DNA from: a virus
Reading direction: 5' to 3' (one strand)
Length of the DNA stretch: 64,000 nucleotides
Virus record (IMG/VR): IMGVR_UViG_3300030118_002460
Coordinates: 22,332-86,331 of that record
Under the pieces are notes generated by a model. It searched no databases. It saw nothing but the letters and a program-made list of their open reading frames with translations, and had not been told where the DNA came from. A program made the position numbers and the translations under genes. Positions 47,643-56,529 of this stretch are shown piece by piece. Positions within the stretch are counted from its first letter, which is position 1; the number at the start of each line of letters is the position of its first letter.

Positions 47643-49002
47643 ATTCCTTATTTTAAAGAACCTCCTCCATAATGAGGAGTATTTGAGGAAGGTCATTCCA
47701 TTCATCAAGTCAGAATATTTTCAAGACTTCAACCAGAAGACAGTCTTTGAAGAGATCAGTAATTTTGTCACTGAATATAATCAGACTCCTACCAAGGAAG
47801 TTCTCAATATTGAAGTAGAGAAGAGAAGTGATATCAATGAGACATCTTACAGAGAGATTACAAATCTGGTTGATCATCTAGATAGTGAACCTGCTGAGAT
47901 GGAGTGGTTGATGGATACCACTGAGAGGTGGTGTCGTGATCGTGCAATCTATCTTGCACTGATGGAATCCATTGGTATTGCAGATGGTGGTGATGACAAG
48001 AAGTCACCTGATGCTATCCCATCTATTTTGTCTGAGGCACTTGCTGTATCCTTTGACAATCATGTGGGCCATGACTATCTGGAAGATTACCTTGAAAGAT
48101 ATGACTTATACAACAAGAAAGAAGAAAGGATCGCATTTGACCTGGATTATTTCAACAAGATTACGAAGGGTGGGCTTCCTAATAAAACACTCAATATTGC
48201 TCTCGCTGGCACTGGTGTTGGTAAATCTTTGTTTATGTGTCATGTCGCAAGCAGTGTGCTATTGCAAGGGAAAAACGTCCTATACATCACGGCTGAGATG
48301 GCTGAGGAAAGGATTGCAGAGAGAATTGATGCTAATCTTTTGAATGTCCCCATTGGAGACATTGCTGGACTTCCAAAACAAATGTTTGAAACTAAAGTCA
48401 ACAATGTGGCAAAAAAGACACAGGGTACGCTAATTATTAAAGAGTATCCAACTGCAACTGCTCATGCAGGACATTTCAAGTCACTTCTTAATGAGCTTGC
48501 ACTTAAAAAGTCATTTAGACCTGATATTATTTTCATTGATTACCTTAATATATGTGCTTCCTCAAGATATCGCGCAGGAAGTAATGTCAATTCATATACT
48601 ACTGTCAAGGCAATTGCTGAGGAACTTAGAGGGTTGGCTTGTGAAGCAAACGTCCCTATCGTTTCTGCCACGCAGACCACTCGTTCTGGTTATGGTAGCT
48701 CTGATGTTGAGCTTACTGACACTAGTGAGTCCTTTGGTCTCCCTGCTACTGCTGATCTTATGTTTGCCCTTATTTCAACTGATGACCTTGAGGGGCTTGG
48801 ACAGATTCTAGTCAAGCAGTTGAAGAATAGATATAATGACATCAATCTGAATAAGAGATTTGTTGTTGGTATTGATAGAGCAAAGATGAGACTGTATGAT
48901 TGTGAACAGTCTGCACAAGAGGATCTTCTTGACAATAAGAGAGAAGAAGAGTATGATCCAGAAGAGAAACCTAAAAAATCATTTGAGGGATTCAAATTCT
49001 AA
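47629..49002 (+). CDS. gp41: Replicative helicase gp41
   Basis: AGTGVGKS, IKEYPT, FIDYLN, SATQTTR, SESFGLPATAD, KQLKNRY. Confidence 0.97.
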   Translation: MDKIEFLILKNLLHNEEYLRKVIPFIKSEYFQDFNQKTVFEEISNFVTEYNQTPTKEVLNIEVEKRSDINETSYREITNLVDHLDSEPAEMEWLMDTTERWCRDRAIYLALMESIGIADGGDDKKSPDAIPSILSEALAVSFDNHVGHDYLEDYLERYDLYNKKEERIAFDLDYFNKITKGGLPNKTLNIALAGTGVGKSLFMCHVASSVLLQGKNVLYITAEMAEERIAERIDANLLNVPIGDIAGLPKQMFETKVNNVAKKTQGTLIIKEYPTATAHAGHFKSLLNELALKKSFRPDIIFIDYLNICASSRYRAGSNVNSYTTVKAIAEELRGLACEANVPIVSATQTTRSGYGSSDVELTDTSESFGLPATADLMFALISTDDLEGLGQILVKQLKNRYNDINLNKRFVVGIDRAKMRLYDCEQSAQEDLLDNKREEEYDPEEKPKKSFEGFKF

Positions 49003-49244
49003 TGAGAGGATATTACTCAGTTTTTAATCCCAGAGGTGAGAAGATCGCTGATTGTGGAAATGAAAGAGATGCAGTCAATCTCATGAGTATGAGAAACTGC
49101 AGATGGGAGGGTCATTACTTCACTTTTGTACCTCTACCTGGTGATCTTATTGACATCACCAAACAACTTCCTTACAATGTAGAAGTTGATTTTGAATATA
49201 TTGAATCACTACCTGATAACACACAAGACCCATTAAATCTATGA
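49002..49244 (+). CDS. Hypothetical protein
   Basis: TAATG coupling to gp41. Confidence 0.6.
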   Translation: MRGYYSVFNPRGEKIADCGNERDAVNLMSMRNCRWEGHYFTFVPLPGDLIDITKQLPYNVEVDFEYIESLPDNTQDPLNL

Positions 49245-49633
49245 CCAACTACGTTGAATTTGTAAAGCAGACCACCAGTGCTCCTAGTTTGGATTATCCT
49301 ATCCTTGCATCACGTCTTGCTCAACTGGAAGCAGAAGGCACTAATGTGTCTCAACTGTTGACTGCTGCCCTTGGCATCTCTGCTGAAGCAGGTGAGTTTA
49401 CTGAGGTTGTAAAGAAGATCTTCTTGCAAGGTAAACCTTACAATGAAGAGAATGTCTTCCATATGAAGCGTGAACTTGGAGACATCTGTTGGTATCTTGC
49501 CCAAGCATTCATGGCACTTGATACTGACTTTGATGAGATTCTTGATATGAATATTGAGAAACTCAGTGCCAGATACCCAGAAGGCACATTTGATGCATAT
49601 TATTCTGAAAACAGAAAGGAAGGTGACCTGTGA
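49241..49633 (+). CDS. mazG: MazG nucleotide pyrophosphohydrolase
   Basis: GISAEAGEFTEVVKK, RELGDICWY, NIEKL..RYP. Confidence 0.93.
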   Translation: MTNYVEFVKQTTSAPSLDYPILASRLAQLEAEGTNVSQLLTAALGISAEAGEFTEVVKKIFLQGKPYNEENVFHMKRELGDICWYLAQAFMALDTDFDEILDMNIEKLSARYPEGTFDAYYSENRKEGDL

Positions 49634-49803
49634 TTAATCTTGAATTGGATATGGATGACGCAGTGATTCTGCGTCATACACTTTCTGATTACACAAGAGA
49701 TCATCCTGGTTTCTTTACTGATAAAATCATTCTCAAAATTAGAGAAATATCTAGTCAGTTAGATAAGGAAATTGGAAGAGAATTTGAGGAGGTAAACTCA
49801 TGA
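49630..49803 (+). CDS. Small hypothetical protein (57 aa; not in ORF track)
   Basis: GTGA overlap with mazG; MINLELDMDDAVILRHTL...FEEVNS*. Confidence 0.55.
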   Translation: MINLELDMDDAVILRHTLSDYTRDHPGFFTDKIILKIREISSQLDKEIGREFEEVNS

Positions 49804-49919
49804 GTGGATCTATCATCAGTTGGAACTTTTTGGGATATAAAGAAGTTATTATCTTCTCAACATGGTTGATTGTTATGTATTTTATTAAACTTAAAATGGA
49901 TAGGAGATTTGGAAGATGA
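49800..49919 (+). CDS. Small membrane peptide (39 aa; not in ORF track)
   Basis: ATGA overlaps on both sides; GAGGAGG RBS; MSGSIISWNFLGYKEVIIFSTWLIVMYFIKLKMDRRFGR*. Confidence 0.55.
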   Translation: MSGSIISWNFLGYKEVIIFSTWLIVMYFIKLKMDRRFGR

Positions 49920-50116
49920 GTTGTGACAAGAACATTACTGTAACACTTAATATTCATACTGCTGCTACTATCAGAGAACAACTGCTTCTTGATACTAAGT
50001 TAGACAGTTATGAATTTCCAGGTGTAAGAACAGTTGCTATTCGTTCAGCAATTGTTGCACTGGATGAGGCAATTGAAGCAAACCTTGCTGATGGACATGA
50101 TCATGAAACCATCTGA
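49916..50116 (+). CDS. Hypothetical protein
   Basis: AGGAG upstream; ATGA coupling. Confidence 0.6.
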   Translation: MSCDKNITVTLNIHTAATIREQLLLDTKLDSYEFPGVRTVAIRSAIVALDEAIEANLADGHDHETI

Positions 50117-50267
50117 TATTGAACTCTCCAGTGTGTCAAAAAACTTTGAATATGAAAAACTTTCAAGGGATATTGATCAAGTTGAGGATATTGAGTCATT
50201 GAGAGACATGTTGAAGTGCTATGTGAAACTGTACCTCAAACAGTTAGAAACTTTTACTTCATTATAA
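50103..50267 (+). CDS. NblA-like small helical protein (54 aa)
   Basis: MKPSDIELSSVSKNFEYEKLSRDIDQVEDIESLRDMLKCYVKLYLKQLETFTSL; resembles the marine NblA pattern FE.E+.SR.ID...D.E.LR...K. Confidence 0.55.
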   Translation: MKPSDIELSSVSKNFEYEKLSRDIDQVEDIESLRDMLKCYVKLYLKQLETFTSL

Positions 50268-50270
50268 ATA
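50263..50270 (+). promoter_or_regulatory. T4-type late promoter TATAAATA
   Basis: Exact consensus before 50287. Confidence 0.8.
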
Positions 50271-50286
50271 AAGGAAGGAAAAGTAT

Positions 50287-51402
50287 TTGCGAAAAGAAAT
50301 GTCTTCATCAATGCGTAACTTTATGGAAGCATATGCTGCTGTCCATAACTCTGAAGCAAAGGAAGAGTTTTATTCTCAGAGAGATCCAGTCAGTGACATG
50401 AATACTGCAACTCTCACTGATAATGATCTCAGAGAGTTGGCAGAAGAAGTTTGTGAAACACTCTTTGCTGATGGTTTGGAAGTTCAAGAGGCAGCAGATA
50501 TCCTGTCTGATGTTCTGGCAGAAGGAGAGAATGTTGGCAGAAATGCTAAACTCTCAAGAATCTTTGATGCATTTGCTGAGACATTCAATCGCATTCAATC
50601 AAAAGCAAACCAACTTGAAGAGTTTGCAAAGTATAGACATACCAAGAGACTTCAAGAAACCTGGTCCTCTAGGTACAATCAAGAGAAGAGAATTCAGAGA
50701 CATCACAATGCACTGGTAGCAGAAGATGCTGCTGGTGTTAAGGCTGGTCTCCTTGCACTGGTTGAACTCCATAAGGGTAGGCATGGTCAGTCTGAGAAAG
50801 AGTATCAGGATGGTCGTTCCATGGCTGGTAAAATGATCTCTGGTGACTCTAAGGGTAGTGGTGCAAATTATTCTTACAGAGCAAAAAACACTGGTCCTAA
50901 CCCTGCTGGTGGTTCTAAGAAACCACAAGGTCAAGCAAGAATGGGTGAGAAGGATAGAGCATATTTGAAGATGCAAAAAGCAAACCTCAAGAAAGAGGAA
51001 GCTGTTGTAGAGATGAAGAATGGTGGTGACAATGATCCTTGCTGGGATACCCACAAGCAAGTTGGTATGAAGAAGAAGGGTGGTAAGATGGTCCCCAACT
51101 GTGTACCCAAGAATGAAGAGGTTGTAGCAGAGAAGGGACAGTCCCTCCAAGAAAAGGGTATGAATCCTGGGTTCAAGGCATACCTTGAGAAGCAGAAGAA
51201 GAAAGGTGGTGATAAAGAAGAGGGTGATGCACCCAAGGGTGGTGGCAAACCTGACTTTCTTGATCTTGACAAAGATGGTGACAAGAAAGAGTCAATGAAG
51301 AAAGCTGCCCATGATAAGAAGAAGGGAATGAAAGAGGGTGTACAATTCTCTGAGGCAGAACTCAAAGCATTTGAGGAGATTGTAAATTCCTGGGAAGACT
51401 GA
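50287..51402 (+). CDS. Late charged modular protein (putative internal head protein)
   Basis: After a late promoter; CW..x..PNCV module and DLDKDGD motif; start codon uncertain (TTG 50287 or ATG 50299/50311). Confidence 0.7.
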   Translation: MRKEMSSSMRNFMEAYAAVHNSEAKEEFYSQRDPVSDMNTATLTDNDLRELAEEVCETLFADGLEVQEAADILSDVLAEGENVGRNAKLSRIFDAFAETFNRIQSKANQLEEFAKYRHTKRLQETWSSRYNQEKRIQRHHNALVAEDAAGVKAGLLALVELHKGRHGQSEKEYQDGRSMAGKMISGDSKGSGANYSYRAKNTGPNPAGGSKKPQGQARMGEKDRAYLKMQKANLKKEEAVVEMKNGGDNDPCWDTHKQVGMKKKGGKMVPNCVPKNEEVVAEKGQSLQEKGMNPGFKAYLEKQKKKGGDKEEGDAPKGGGKPDFLDLDKDGDKKESMKKAAHDKKKGMKEGVQFSEAELKAFEEIVNSWED

Positions 51403-51411
51403 GGTTAAGCA

Positions 51412-52677
51412 ATGGCTGATACTGCTAAGTTTGAAGCAGCAACCATTGCTTCCTACTATCAGGCAATAAACAATGGTCAGTCAACTGTACCTGGTGCCAG
51501 TGTGCAGATGACTCAGGCAATGGATGCTGAGTATCCAGGTATGTCCAGAGAATGGAGAGAAGGTATCCTTGCTGGAACTGATGCTCTGATGGAGTATTTG
51601 GGTCACCAACCAAACTCAACAGATACTAGTTGGTTGTATGCACACTATGATGGTAGAACTAAGTCCATACCAGGTTCAGCATCAACTGATCTGATTAATT
51701 ACATTTGGGATACTTTTTCAAAGAAACAGAAAGATATATTCACAGGAAAGAAAGACTCCTGGAATACTGCTGACGTCTATATGACAAAGAAAGTAGATGA
51801 TATGAAGATGAGGAAGATGATTGATGCTTTGAAAGAAGAGTTTGATGATCTGGATCCAGAGATATATGTTGGGACTGTTAATGCATATATGTCTCAAATG
51901 TTGAAAGAGAAGAAGATGTTGCCTATCTCTCTCAAACAGAAGACAAAGAATGCAAATGTAAGAATCTATGAAACCAACTTGAAGTTGGGTCCTGATGGAT
52001 TGGAAGTGAAGGATGGTTCTGTTGAAACACCTCTTAAAACTGTGATGGATGTTGCTACAAGAAGAGGTGAGACAGACTTTGCAGGTAACTCTTTGAGATT
52101 TGCTGCTAGATTTGAAGCAGGAACATATGCTAAAAAGTACTCCTGGGAGAGCAAAGGTTCAAGTAAGACTGCTGATGCAACTGAACCAAGAGATTTAGTT
52201 CTGAATAATAAGGGAAAATATACAACAGCAACTGCTAGGAATGGTTCTATACCTGGTCCAAAGATGGCTGACCTGGTGAAGACTTACACTGGTGAGGATA
52301 TTAATCTGAATATTCCAATGAATAGAGTCCTCAATGATAAAGAAGTTAGTTACTGGCAAAACTATATCAAGACAATCATATCTACTAAGAATCCCAATGT
52401 CCCTATTGACCTGGGTAAGTTTACTATTGATAGTAAGAAGGTAAAACCAGAAGAGTTTATCAAGATGATTGCACTGATGGACAATGGTAGACCAGGTGGT
52501 AAGAACTTTGACCAGAAGATGAGAGCAAAACTAAGACATCTGAGGTATATCAAGATGTTCTATGATGCTGATAAGAAGAAGAAACTTGGTGAACTCATAT
52601 CATTTGCATACTTCCTATCATCCAAGATGAATATCAAGCAAGGTGACCTTGCTGGTCCCTTTATCAAAGTTCAGTAG
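51412..52677 (+). CDS. Putative PD-(D/E)xK-like endonuclease
   Basis: DSWNTADVY ... PISLK motif pair; basic C-terminal half. The fold is inferred. Confidence 0.5.
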   Translation: MADTAKFEAATIASYYQAINNGQSTVPGASVQMTQAMDAEYPGMSREWREGILAGTDALMEYLGHQPNSTDTSWLYAHYDGRTKSIPGSASTDLINYIWDTFSKKQKDIFTGKKDSWNTADVYMTKKVDDMKMRKMIDALKEEFDDLDPEIYVGTVNAYMSQMLKEKKMLPISLKQKTKNANVRIYETNLKLGPDGLEVKDGSVETPLKTVMDVATRRGETDFAGNSLRFAARFEAGTYAKKYSWESKGSSKTADATEPRDLVLNNKGKYTTATARNGSIPGPKMADLVKTYTGEDINLNIPMNRVLNDKEVSYWQNYIKTIISTKNPNVPIDLGKFTIDSKKVKPEEFIKMIALMDNGRPGGKNFDQKMRAKLRHLRYIKMFYDADKKKKLGELISFAYFLSSKMNIKQGDLAGPFIKVQ

Positions 52678-52678
52678 C

Positions 52679-52707
52679 TTGACTTTGCTCTGTTGCTGTG
52701 CTATGAT
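52679..52707 (+). promoter_or_regulatory. Sigma70-type promoter for the methyltransferase
   Basis: TTGACT-17nt-TATGAT with extended -10 TG. Confidence 0.75.
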
Positions 52708-52729
52708 ATTCCCATATTAACGCACGACT

Positions 52730-53500
52730 ATGATTGATCTTAGAACTGGTGACTGCCTGAACCTGGCACTTGACCTTGAAGACAATTCTATTGACTGCAC
52801 TGTAACTTCCCCTCCCTACAACAAGTGTGGTGTAGGTGGGGGTTTGTTTCGTAAGATTGAATATGCTGCTTTTGATGATACTTTACCAGAAGATGAGTAT
52901 CAAGAACAACAGATAGAACTACTTGATGTTCTCTTTGACAAGACAAAAGAGGGTGGATCACTCTTTTACAATCATAAGGTGAGGTATTATAAAGGTGATT
53001 CTATCTCCCCATGGGCATGGTTGACCAAGACCAAGTGGAATATCAGAGAAGAGATTATTTGGAGTAGGGGTAGTGGTCCAGAGATATCTGGATACAGATT
53101 CATCCAAACTGATGAGAGAATCTATTGGTTATGTAAAGGAGAGAAGCATCATAGGTTGTCTAGGAGATGTGCAGAGTGGACCAGTGTGTGGAAGTTTTCT
53201 GCTGAAATGAAAAATCCACATCCTGCACCCTATCCCATTCAACTTCCTACTAGATGCATTCAAGCTGTGATGCAGAAACCTGGTGTTGTTCTTGATCCTT
53301 ACAGTGGTTCAGGTACAACAGGTGTTGCTGCTAAACTTCTGGGACATGATTACATTGGGTTTGATCTGTCAGAAGAGTATCATGATATGGCAAGAGAGAG
53401 GATTGCAGAACCATCAATCAGTGATACTAAGAAGTTCAGTATTGAGACTGGTGTTGCTGCATTTTCTGATAGAGATGTATTCAGTTTGGCAGACTCATAA
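52730..53500 (+). CDS. Beta-class amino-DNA methyltransferase (N4-C/N6-A)
   Basis: TSPPYN (motif IV) precedes HPAPYP and VLDPYSGSGTT (motif I). Confidence 0.92.
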   Translation: MIDLRTGDCLNLALDLEDNSIDCTVTSPPYNKCGVGGGLFRKIEYAAFDDTLPEDEYQEQQIELLDVLFDKTKEGGSLFYNHKVRYYKGDSISPWAWLTKTKWNIREEIIWSRGSGPEISGYRFIQTDERIYWLCKGEKHHRLSRRCAEWTSVWKFSAEMKNPHPAPYPIQLPTRCIQAVMQKPGVVLDPYSGSGTTGVAAKLLGHDYIGFDLSEEYHDMARERIAEPSISDTKKFSIETGVAAFSDRDVFSLADS

Positions 53501-53527
53501 ATATTGTATGAGGAAATGTTATAACTA

Positions 53528-54826
53528 ATGAAATCCTTTTTTAGGTTCCTTAAAGAAGCAAAGAAATCTCAAGCAGCAGACCAAGCAGAACGCTTGAATC
53601 TGACAGGTGATGGTCATGGCAACTGGTATGACAAGGATGGTGATAGAGTTGCTGTAACTAAAAAAGGCAGACTTGAGATGCTCTCCAAGAAAGAGAAGCA
53701 AGAAACAGATGAATCACCAAAACAAGAAACAAAGTCCTCTGAAGGACAGCAATCTGTGCGACAAATGCCTGTGCAACAAGGAGAATTTGGAGCATTTGCA
53801 GATGGAAGTCCAAGGAGAATGCCTCCACCTACAACAGCAGATGGATCACCTAAAGAGGATCTTGGACCTCTAACCGTAACCTTTGGTAGATTTAATCCAC
53901 CAACAATTGGTCACCAGAAACTATTAGATGCTGCTAAGAAAGCAGCAGGCAAAGGATCACTCAAAGTCTATCCATCTAGATCACAGGATGCTAAGAAAAA
54001 TCCATATGATCCAGATGAAAAAGTAGATGTAATGAGGCAAATGTTCCCTGATCATGCGGAGAACATTGTGAATGATCCCAATGCCAGGACTATCTTTGAC
54101 GTTTTGAAGCAGGCACATCAAGATGGATATTCAAGTATTAAAATTGTGGTTGGTGGTGACAGAGTTAAGGAATTTGAAAAACTCTCAGGAGATTACAATG
54201 GTCAACTCTATGATTTTTCTGGTGTGGAGACTGTATCTGCTGGAGAAAGAGATCCAGACTCTAAGGATGTAGATGGAATGTCTGCCTCTAAGATGAGAAA
54301 GGCAGCAGCAGACAATGACTTTAAAACATTCAGACAGGGTGTCCCTAAATCTATTGATGATAAGTCTGCAAAGCAGATGATGAATACCCTTCGTAAGAAG
54401 ATGAATGTGAAGGAAGGTTGGAATCTCTGGGAGATTGCACCCAAGTTTGATTGGAAGAATCTTAGAGAGAGTTATGTTTCAGGTAAGATCTTTAAGGTTG
54501 ATCAACTGGTAGAGAATCTGAATACAGGATTGATTGGTAAGGTTCTTAGAAGAGGGACCAACTATCTGATCTGTGTGACAGAGGACAATATTATGTTCAA
54601 GTCCTGGATTAAGGATCTGCGTGAGTACACTGAGGTTAAGATGAATAGTAAAACCAGAGTGAAGGGTAAACCAAACACTCTGATTGGAACTGCTGGATAT
54701 TTCAAATATGCTGCTGATATGACTCCTGGTTTTGATAAGGGTGAAAAGACCAATCTCCAAACTGGTGGCAAACCATATAAAGGATATGGAAGGGAATTCA
54801 TAAATAAATACAGAAAAAAGAAGTAA
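53528..54826 (+). CDS. Cytidylyltransferase-like (HIGH-family) nucleotidyltransferase
   Basis: TFGRFNPPTIGH, VVGGDR, SAGERDPD, GMSASKMR. Confidence 0.88.
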   Translation: MKSFFRFLKEAKKSQAADQAERLNLTGDGHGNWYDKDGDRVAVTKKGRLEMLSKKEKQETDESPKQETKSSEGQQSVRQMPVQQGEFGAFADGSPRRMPPPTTADGSPKEDLGPLTVTFGRFNPPTIGHQKLLDAAKKAAGKGSLKVYPSRSQDAKKNPYDPDEKVDVMRQMFPDHAENIVNDPNARTIFDVLKQAHQDGYSSIKIVVGGDRVKEFEKLSGDYNGQLYDFSGVETVSAGERDPDSKDVDGMSASKMRKAAADNDFKTFRQGVPKSIDDKSAKQMMNTLRKKMNVKEGWNLWEIAPKFDWKNLRESYVSGKIFKVDQLVENLNTGLIGKVLRRGTNYLICVTEDNIMFKSWIKDLREYTEVKMNSKTRVKGKPNTLIGTAGYFKYAADMTPGFDKGEKTNLQTGGKPYKGYGREFINKYRKKK

Positions 54827-54835
54827 TCTAGTGTC

Positions 54836-55564
54836 ATGATCTCTGAGCAAGACAATACACCAGAAGAGGTGAAGAGTAGAGTCACGCAGATGACCAAAGC
54901 AGTTAGATATAAAGCAAGAAAGGAAGGTGGTAATCTTTTCAAGGCATTTAATGACTATATGGGATCGCAATCTGGTATTAGTGCAACTGAAAGAGCTTCT
55001 GTGAAACAGAGACTTGGTTTGTCTGAGAAGTATTCATCTTGGAGAGATGAACTTCAACTTCGTGAAATTGCCTCTGAACCAGTAACTGACAAAGAGATGG
55101 ATAAAACCATCAAAGAAAAGAAAGTCAAGAATAAGATCACCATTAATCCCACACTTGGTGAGGCAATTGAAGAGATGGGTGGAACCATTCTTGAAGCTGT
55201 TGAAGTTGAGGTTGAGGAGATTGAGGAAGAATTAACTCCTGAAAAGAAGAAGCAACTTCAATTGAAGGGTCAGATGATGAAGAAGCAGCAACTGCTTGAT
55301 CGCCAGAGACTCCAAGCACAGAAATCAGGTAGACTGCCTATGGGCACTGGGATGAAGGAAGAGTCAGAACTGGAAGAGAAAGTTCTTGATAAAGCAGAAA
55401 CTGATGAGAAGGAAAGAATTGTCAAGGGTATGAAGAAGAACTTCACCAACTTCAAAGACAAGTATGGCAAGGAGGCCAAGTCAGTCATGTATGCAACTGC
55501 CACTAAGATGGCAAAGAAGCATATGGATACCAGCAAGTCTGACCGTAGATACGGTGTTGAGTAA
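54836..55564 (+). CDS. Late charged hypothetical protein
   Basis: After an ATAAATA element; KERIVKGMKK..KYG..AKSVMYATATK module. Confidence 0.7.
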   Translation: MISEQDNTPEEVKSRVTQMTKAVRYKARKEGGNLFKAFNDYMGSQSGISATERASVKQRLGLSEKYSSWRDELQLREIASEPVTDKEMDKTIKEKKVKNKITINPTLGEAIEEMGGTILEAVEVEVEEIEEELTPEKKKQLQLKGQMMKKQQLLDRQRLQAQKSGRLPMGTGMKEESELEEKVLDKAETDEKERIVKGMKKNFTNFKDKYGKEAKSVMYATATKMAKKHMDTSKSDRRYGVE

Positions 55565-56229
55565 TGAAAAAATGCAAAAAGGGAAGTTACTACTGCTATA
55601 CTGATAAGAAGTGTAAACCCATTCCAAAAGGATTCAAGGTAGTTGGTCCTGCTGGATATCTTCGTAAGGAGAATGGGCACACCCAAGATGATGATTCCAA
55701 GAATGGGAAAAAGAATGGTAGTGTTTCTGGTGGCAATGGTAATGGCAATGGTGGCAATGGCAATGGGGGTCATTCTTCTGGATCCAACGGGTCCAATGGA
55801 GGAGGAATGAGTGAGGAATCAAATCCTCGTATTCCAAGAAAGAAGGGACAACCTGCCAACTCTAAGAAACATTCTGATCTTTATACTGATGAGAATCCCA
55901 AGGGCACCATTCATGGACTTGGGTTTAAGGATGTCTCTACTGCCAAAGCATCTGTATCCAAGATTCGCAATTCATCAAGATCTCATGCTCACAAGATTCA
56001 GGCAGCAGTTGCCATGGAACAAAGAGCAAAGGAGATGGGTAAGTCTTCAGAAGCAGCAGTTTATAGAAAGTATATAAACTCAATGAAGAAGAAAACAGAT
56101 AAGATGAATGAGGGTTGGTCTGACAAATACAAAAAGTCAATTGACTGTAATAATCCCAAGGGGTTCTCTCAGAGAGCACACTGTCAAGGAAAGAAAAAGA
56201 CCTTCAAAGAGTTTATGGGTGATATATAG
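55564..56229 (+). CDS. Late lysine-rich modular protein
   Basis: Cys-rich N-terminus, G/N linker, KHSDLYTDENPKGTIHGLGF domain, C-terminal C..PKGFSQRAHC module. Confidence 0.7.
   Translation: MKKCKKGSYYCYTDKKCKPIPKGFKVVGPAGYLRKENGHTQDDDSKNGKKNGSVSGGNGNGNGGNGNGGHSSGSNGSNGGGMSEESNPRIPRKKGQPANSKKHSDLYTDENPKGTIHGLGFKDVSTAKASVSKIRNSSRSHAHKIQAAVAMEQRAKEMGKSSEAAVYRKYINSMKKKTDKMNEGWSDKYKKSIDCNNPKGFSQRAHCQGKKKTFKEFMGDI
55728..55806 (+). repeat. GGN/GN low-complexity repeat
   Basis: Imperfect (GGCAAT/GGTAAT)n tandem repeat encoding GGNGNGNGGNGNGG. Confidence 0.7.
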
Positions 56230-56253
56230 AGTACAATACCATATGAGGTTATT

Positions 56254-56454
56254 ATGCTCTCTATTCTGCTTCCACTTGCATCTAAGATTATCACTGATGC
56301 TGTTAACAAAATCCCTGAAAATGAAGAATTGGGTGAAAAACTGATTGAAATCTGCCTTGTAATCCTTGGTAAAGCTGTCAAACTTACTAAGACTGATATG
56401 GATGATCAACTTCTTGAAGTTGTAACCAAAGCAATCAAAGCAAGAGAAGAATAA
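56254..56454 (+). CDS. Conserved small hypothetical protein
   Basis: GAGG RBS; KAVKLTKTDMDDQLL motif. Confidence 0.7.
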   Translation: MLSILLPLASKIITDAVNKIPENEELGEKLIEICLVILGKAVKLTKTDMDDQLLEVVTKAIKAREE

Positions 56455-56457
56455 TTT

Positions 56458-56486
56458 ATAGGAGATCCATAGGGTCTCCTATTTTT
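56458..56486 (+). terminator. Rho-independent terminator
   Basis: ATAGGAGATCC-ATA-GGGTCTCCTAT followed by a T-run; overlaps TATAAATA at 56486-56493. Confidence 0.75.
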
Positions 56487-56529
56487 ATAAATATTTGATA
56501 GCAAAGTAAATCTTTATAGGAACAAAGAC

